Shown here: positions 60,823 to 64,000 of the stretch, piece after piece
Numbering within the stretch: the stretch's first letter is position 1
How the letters are laid out: every line of letters starts with the position of its first letter
Assembly (NCBI GenBank): GCA_965246885.1
Contig: OZ251992.1
Span: 3,232,001 to 3,296,000, forward strand
Direction of reading: 5' to 3'
From: Abditibacterium sp.
GTDB lineage: Bacteria > Armatimonadota > Abditibacteriia > Abditibacteriales > Abditibacteriaceae
Length of the DNA stretch: 64,000 bases
Notes under the pieces: model-generated
Database searches by the model: none
What the model was told of the DNA's origin: nothing
What the model saw: the letters and a program-made list of their open reading frames with translations, nothing else
Position numbers and translations under genes: made by a program

Positions 60823-61059
60823 TTACGAAGCGGCGGAAGCGGCCAGTTTTTTGGCGAGGCGGCTTTTCTTGCGGGCGGCGGCGTTTTTGTGGATGATGCC
60901 CTTGGACGCGGCGCGGTCGATGACCGACACGGCGAGGTTGGCCTCGCCCGCGATGGCTTTTTTGGTTTCGGTTTTGATGCGCGTTTTGGCGATCTGGTTG
61001 CGCAGGGTGCGCTTGACGGTTTGGCGAAGGCGTTTCTTCGCGGAAGGTAGATTCGGCAT
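60823..61059 (-). CDS. rpsT: 30S ribosomal protein S20
   Basis: [35 protein letters not shown]. Confidence 0.97.
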   Translation of the reverse strand: MPNLPSAKKRLRQTVKRTLRNQIAKTRIKTETKKAIAGEANLAVSVIDRAASKGIIHKNAAARKKSRLAKKLAASAAS

Positions 61060-61111
61060 AGCTTAGATTTTCTCCGCCCGAAAGCGGCTGATTGAAAAAT
61101 TGACCTCAGAC

Positions 61112-61140
61112 ATTTTACCGGGTTCGGCGGAGCGAGGCAA
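61112..61140 (-). promoter_or_regulatory. sigma70-type promoter for rpsT
   Basis: TTGCCT-N17-TAAAAT on the minus strand. Confidence 0.7.
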
Positions 61141-61151
61141 TTTTGGGCGGG

Positions 61152-61259
61152 TCAGACCTTCGACAAGCCCCACCACAACACGGCCCCGTAGCACAAGAGC
61201 AACAGCAAAATCCCGCCGAAGAAGACGCGCGCGAACTGGCGCCCATTGTCGTCCATCAT
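61152..61259 (-). CDS. Putative 35-aa single-TM small protein
   Basis: MMDDNGRQFARVFFGGILLLLLCYGAVLWWGLSKV; ATGA overlap with the rnhA stop. Confidence 0.5.
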   Translation of the reverse strand: MMDDNGRQFARVFFGGILLLLLCYGAVLWWGLSKV

Positions 61260-61765
61260 GCGCGCTTCAACTCCTCTATCGCCAACCGCGCCAGTTCGTC
61301 GCAGCGTTCGTTTTCGGGGTGCCCGGCGTGGCCTTTGACCCAGTGCAGGGAGTGCGGGCGCGTTTGCAAGAGCGCGTGGAGTTCCTGCCAGAGGTCTTGG
61401 TTCTTGACGGGCGCTTTGCTCGCGGTTTTCCAGCCGTTGCGAATCCAACCTTTGAGCCAGACGGTCGCGCCTTTGACGACGTATTCGGAATCGGTGACGA
61501 TTCTCACCCTCGTGCCGGGCGCGACATCTTTGAGGGCGGCGATGAGGGCGCTTAGCTCCATCTTGTTGTTGGTGGTGTCGCTCGCGTAGCCGGACAGTTC
61601 GCGCTTGACGCCGTTTTGCTCGACGATGGCGCCCCAGCCGCCCTTGCCGGGGTTACCCGAACAGGCGCCGTCGCACCAGATAGCTGCTTCATGGAGCGAA
61701 CCAACGCGCGGCGACGGGCTGTCAAGAGCGGCTTCGGTTTCAAATAAAGAAAGGGTTTTGCTCAT
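61256..61765 (-). CDS. rnhA: Ribonuclease HI
   Basis: DGACSGNPG.GGWG, TTNN.MEL, TDS.YV, VKN.DLW, WVKGHAGHPENERCDELA. Confidence 0.97.
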   Translation of the reverse strand: MSKTLSLFETEAALDSPSPRVGSLHEAAIWCDGACSGNPGKGGWGAIVEQNGVKRELSGYASDTTNNKMELSALIAALKDVAPGTRVRIVTDSEYVVKGATVWLKGWIRNGWKTASKAPVKNQDLWQELHALLQTRPHSLHWVKGHAGHPENERCDELARLAIEELKRA

Positions 61766-63310
61766 CTATTGGCCTCCGCTTACTTCCCGCTCGGCGAGCG
61801 CAATGGCCCGCAGAGCGGCGCGGGCTTTATTGCGGGTCTCGTCGTATTCGTCGGCGGGTTTGGAATCGGCCACGACGCCTCCCCCGGCTTGGACGTAGGC
61901 TTTGCCGCCCTTGACCACGATGGTGCGGAGCGTGATGCAGGTGTCCATGTTGCCGTTCCAGCCGAAATAGCCCATCGCGCCGCCGTATGGCCCGCGCCGC
62001 GTCGGTTCGAGCGAGTCAATGATTTGCATGGCGCGCACTTTCGGGGCGCCGCTCAACGTGCCCGCCGGAAACGCCGCCCGGAGCACATCGCCTTGGGTTT
62101 TGTCAGAGCGAAGGCGCCCCACAACATCGGAGGTAATGTGCATGACGTGCGAGAATTTTTGCACATACATCAGCCGCTCGACGCGGACGCTGCCGTATTC
62201 GCACACGCGGCCCAAGTCGTTGCGCGCCAAGTCCACGAGCATGACGTGTTCGGCGATTTCTTTCGGGTCGGCGAGCAGTTCGGCTTCCAAGGCCGCGTCT
62301 TCGGCGGGCGTTTTCCCGCGCCGCCGCGTGCCCGCAAGCGGGCGCGTCAGCACCTCCCCCCCATCTTCCGTGACCAAGATTTCGGGCGAAGCCGCCAACA
62401 GTTGCGCATCTCCCAAGTCGAGGAACACCATATACGGCGCCGGGGAAACGTGGCGCAGCGCCCGGTAAACGGCGAGCGGCGAGGCCGTGAGCGGCACCTC
62501 GAAGCGTTGCGAAGGCACGATTTGCACGCAGTCGCCCGCATGGATATAGTTGATGCACGTTTGCACCGCCGCCTCAAACGCCGCGCGCGACGGGAAGTTG
62601 GACTGCGGCTCCGACTCCTCGATTTCGCTCACGGCAAAGGGAACCGAGGGCACGATTTGCTCGCTGAGCGCCGCGACGACCGCTTCGATGGCGCTCGCCG
62701 CGCGCTCGTAGGCCGCGCCAACGTTGCCCTCGGTAGCGCCGCCTTCTATGTGCGCGCAGTTGAAGACGGTGATGGTGTGCCGGACGGCGTCAAAGCACAA
62801 AACGGTATCGGTAAAGAGCAGGTGCGCGTCATTCAGGTCGCGGTCGTCGGGCGGCGCGTCGGGCAAACGCTCCAAAAAGCGCACGAACTCCCAGCCCAAG
62901 AAGCCGACCGCGCCGCCGCAAAAGCGCGGCAAATCGCCCGTGTCCACGAATTGGAAGCGCGCCATTTCGCGCTCGACAACCGACAAAGGGTCTTCCCCCG
63001 CCGCCATGTCCCATTCGCGCGCCTGCCCATCGAACGACAGATGCGCGCGCCGGTTTTTAACGCGTAGTTCCCCGCGCGCCCCGACGCCCAGAAACGAAAA
63101 GCGGCCCAACTGCTCGCCGCCCTCGACCGATTCCAGCAAAAATGAGGGCGCCTCAGGTTGCGCGCGGCGCAGTTTCACGAGCGCCGAAACCGGCGTTTCG
63201 AGGTCGGCCAGCAGTTCCAAGCGCAAGGGGATGAGGTTGCCGCGCGCCGAAAGCGCCTCGAACTGCGCGCGCGACGGGGTGATTTGGCCATGAAAGCGGG
63301 AAGGGGACAC
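61766..63310 (-). CDS. trpE: Anthranilate synthase component I
   Basis: DLETPVS, FLLESVEGG, ASPE, PLAGTR.RG, EH.MLVDLARNDLG, FPAGTLSGAPK.RAM, QAG.G.VADS; GTG start chosen. Confidence 0.96.
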   Translation of the reverse strand: MSPSRFHGQITPSRAQFEALSARGNLIPLRLELLADLETPVSALVKLRRAQPEAPSFLLESVEGGEQLGRFSFLGVGARGELRVKNRRAHLSFDGQAREWDMAAGEDPLSVVEREMARFQFVDTGDLPRFCGGAVGFLGWEFVRFLERLPDAPPDDRDLNDAHLLFTDTVLCFDAVRHTITVFNCAHIEGGATEGNVGAAYERAASAIEAVVAALSEQIVPSVPFAVSEIEESEPQSNFPSRAAFEAAVQTCINYIHAGDCVQIVPSQRFEVPLTASPLAVYRALRHVSPAPYMVFLDLGDAQLLAASPEILVTEDGGEVLTRPLAGTRRRGKTPAEDAALEAELLADPKEIAEHVMLVDLARNDLGRVCEYGSVRVERLMYVQKFSHVMHITSDVVGRLRSDKTQGDVLRAAFPAGTLSGAPKVRAMQIIDSLEPTRRGPYGGAMGYFGWNGNMDTCITLRTIVVKGGKAYVQAGGGVVADSKPADEYDETRNKARAALRAIALAEREVSGGQ

Positions 63311-63339
63311 GGGGAGGAGTGTAGAAAGCGGCAGGGAGG

Positions 63340-63897
63340 CTATTGCACCCGAACCCATTTGCCGTTGACTATTTTTTCGCGGCTACTCGTGGATGTGTGG
63401 CTAATCAGACCGCCCCGCGCGCCAAATTCGGTTAAATGAGGAAAGAAGGAGACATCGTAAGCGGCATCGCCGAAACCTTTATCGCGTTTGATGTCGCCAT
63501 ATTTCTGGAACAGCAAGCGCAGCCGGTGGGGAGTCACGCGCGAAAAACGCCATTGCTGTGAGGTGCCGGACGTTTTGTAGATGGGGTGTTCGGCGTCCTC
63601 ATCCTCTGGCACGGTGTAGTTGTTGTCTTGGAAGAGCCACACGACCTGCCGCTTCCGGTCGTAAATCAATGTTCCGCCGTTGGCCTCATGCGGCGCGGCC
63701 ATACCCCACTGGATGTGGAACCTGTCGCTTTGCGGATGCCGTTTCAGACAATTTTGCAACGCGGTTAGGAGCGCGGTTGGATCCCCGTAGTTGGAAGTAG
63801 TAACCCACACTTCGCGCGGTGACTGTTTACATTGAGCATGGGAAGCGAATATGAATGGCAGAAGCAATAGGCTCAGCAGCGTGAATCTTTTCAACAT
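63340..63897 (-). CDS. Secreted hypothetical protein, lower GC
   Basis: Signal peptide MLKRFTLLSLLLLPFIFASHA; overlaps the upstream stop. Confidence 0.65.
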   Translation of the reverse strand: MLKRFTLLSLLLLPFIFASHAQCKQSPREVWVTTSNYGDPTALLTALQNCLKRHPQSDRFHIQWGMAAPHEANGGTLIYDRKRQVVWLFQDNNYTVPEDEDAEHPIYKTSGTSQQWRFSRVTPHRLRLLFQKYGDIKRDKGFGDAAYDVSFFPHLTEFGARGGLISHTSTSSREKIVNGKWVRVQ

Positions 63898-64000
63898 AAA
63901 ATCCCCGCCTCCCACTTCCCCGGCACGAACGAAACTAAATCGCCCACGCGGGCGCTTGGCGCGGCGACGCGGGCGCGCAGGTAGTTGGGGAGCAGACCCT
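63891..64000 (-). CDS. 3' end of a CDS entering from beyond the window, possibly an MtaB-like methylthiotransferase C-terminus
   Basis: Manual translation ...GLLPNYLRARVAAPSARVGDLVSFVPGKWEAGILC*; only the G..PNYL motif supports the family guess. Confidence 0.35.
   Translation of the reverse strand, partial: GLLPNYLRARVAAPSARVGDLVSFVPGKWEAGILC

Overview
High-GC bacterial chromosomal window with about 60 CDS, two tRNAs (Leu-GAG, Pro-CGG) and the RNase P RNA. The gene repertoire (H-X9-DG prepilin-like protein, GntR+sugar-binding regulators, many secreted orphans) suggests an Abditibacteriota/Armatimonadota-like organism; this is inference, not a database result. Housekeeping genes (Sua5, purH, lon, larBC, secG, cimA, aroE, ftsH, tilS, fucI, ubiX/ubiA, proC, sepF, yggS, rpsT, rnhA, trpE) are interleaved with orphans. 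I see no integrase, transposase, reverse transcriptase or CRISPR array. The most notable signals are: (1) five intergenic arrays with an exact 21-bp period, four linked by shared sequence and several with an inverted arm; (2) a GntR regulator / 30-bp palindrome / H-X9-DG pilin-like protein / small lipoprotein / GH9 glycosidase module resembling a pilin-based polysaccharide-utilisation locus; (3) a HEPN-like (RxxxxH)-CBS fusion whose stop overlaps the start of an ATP-grasp gene; (4) several REP/REPIN-like palindromic elements, one pair showing compensatory changes; (5) a recurrent (C/T)A(C/A)A(C/T)T hexamer 6-8 nt before start codons, implying many leaderless mRNAs. Many start codons were moved from the ORF track; all family calls are by eye.
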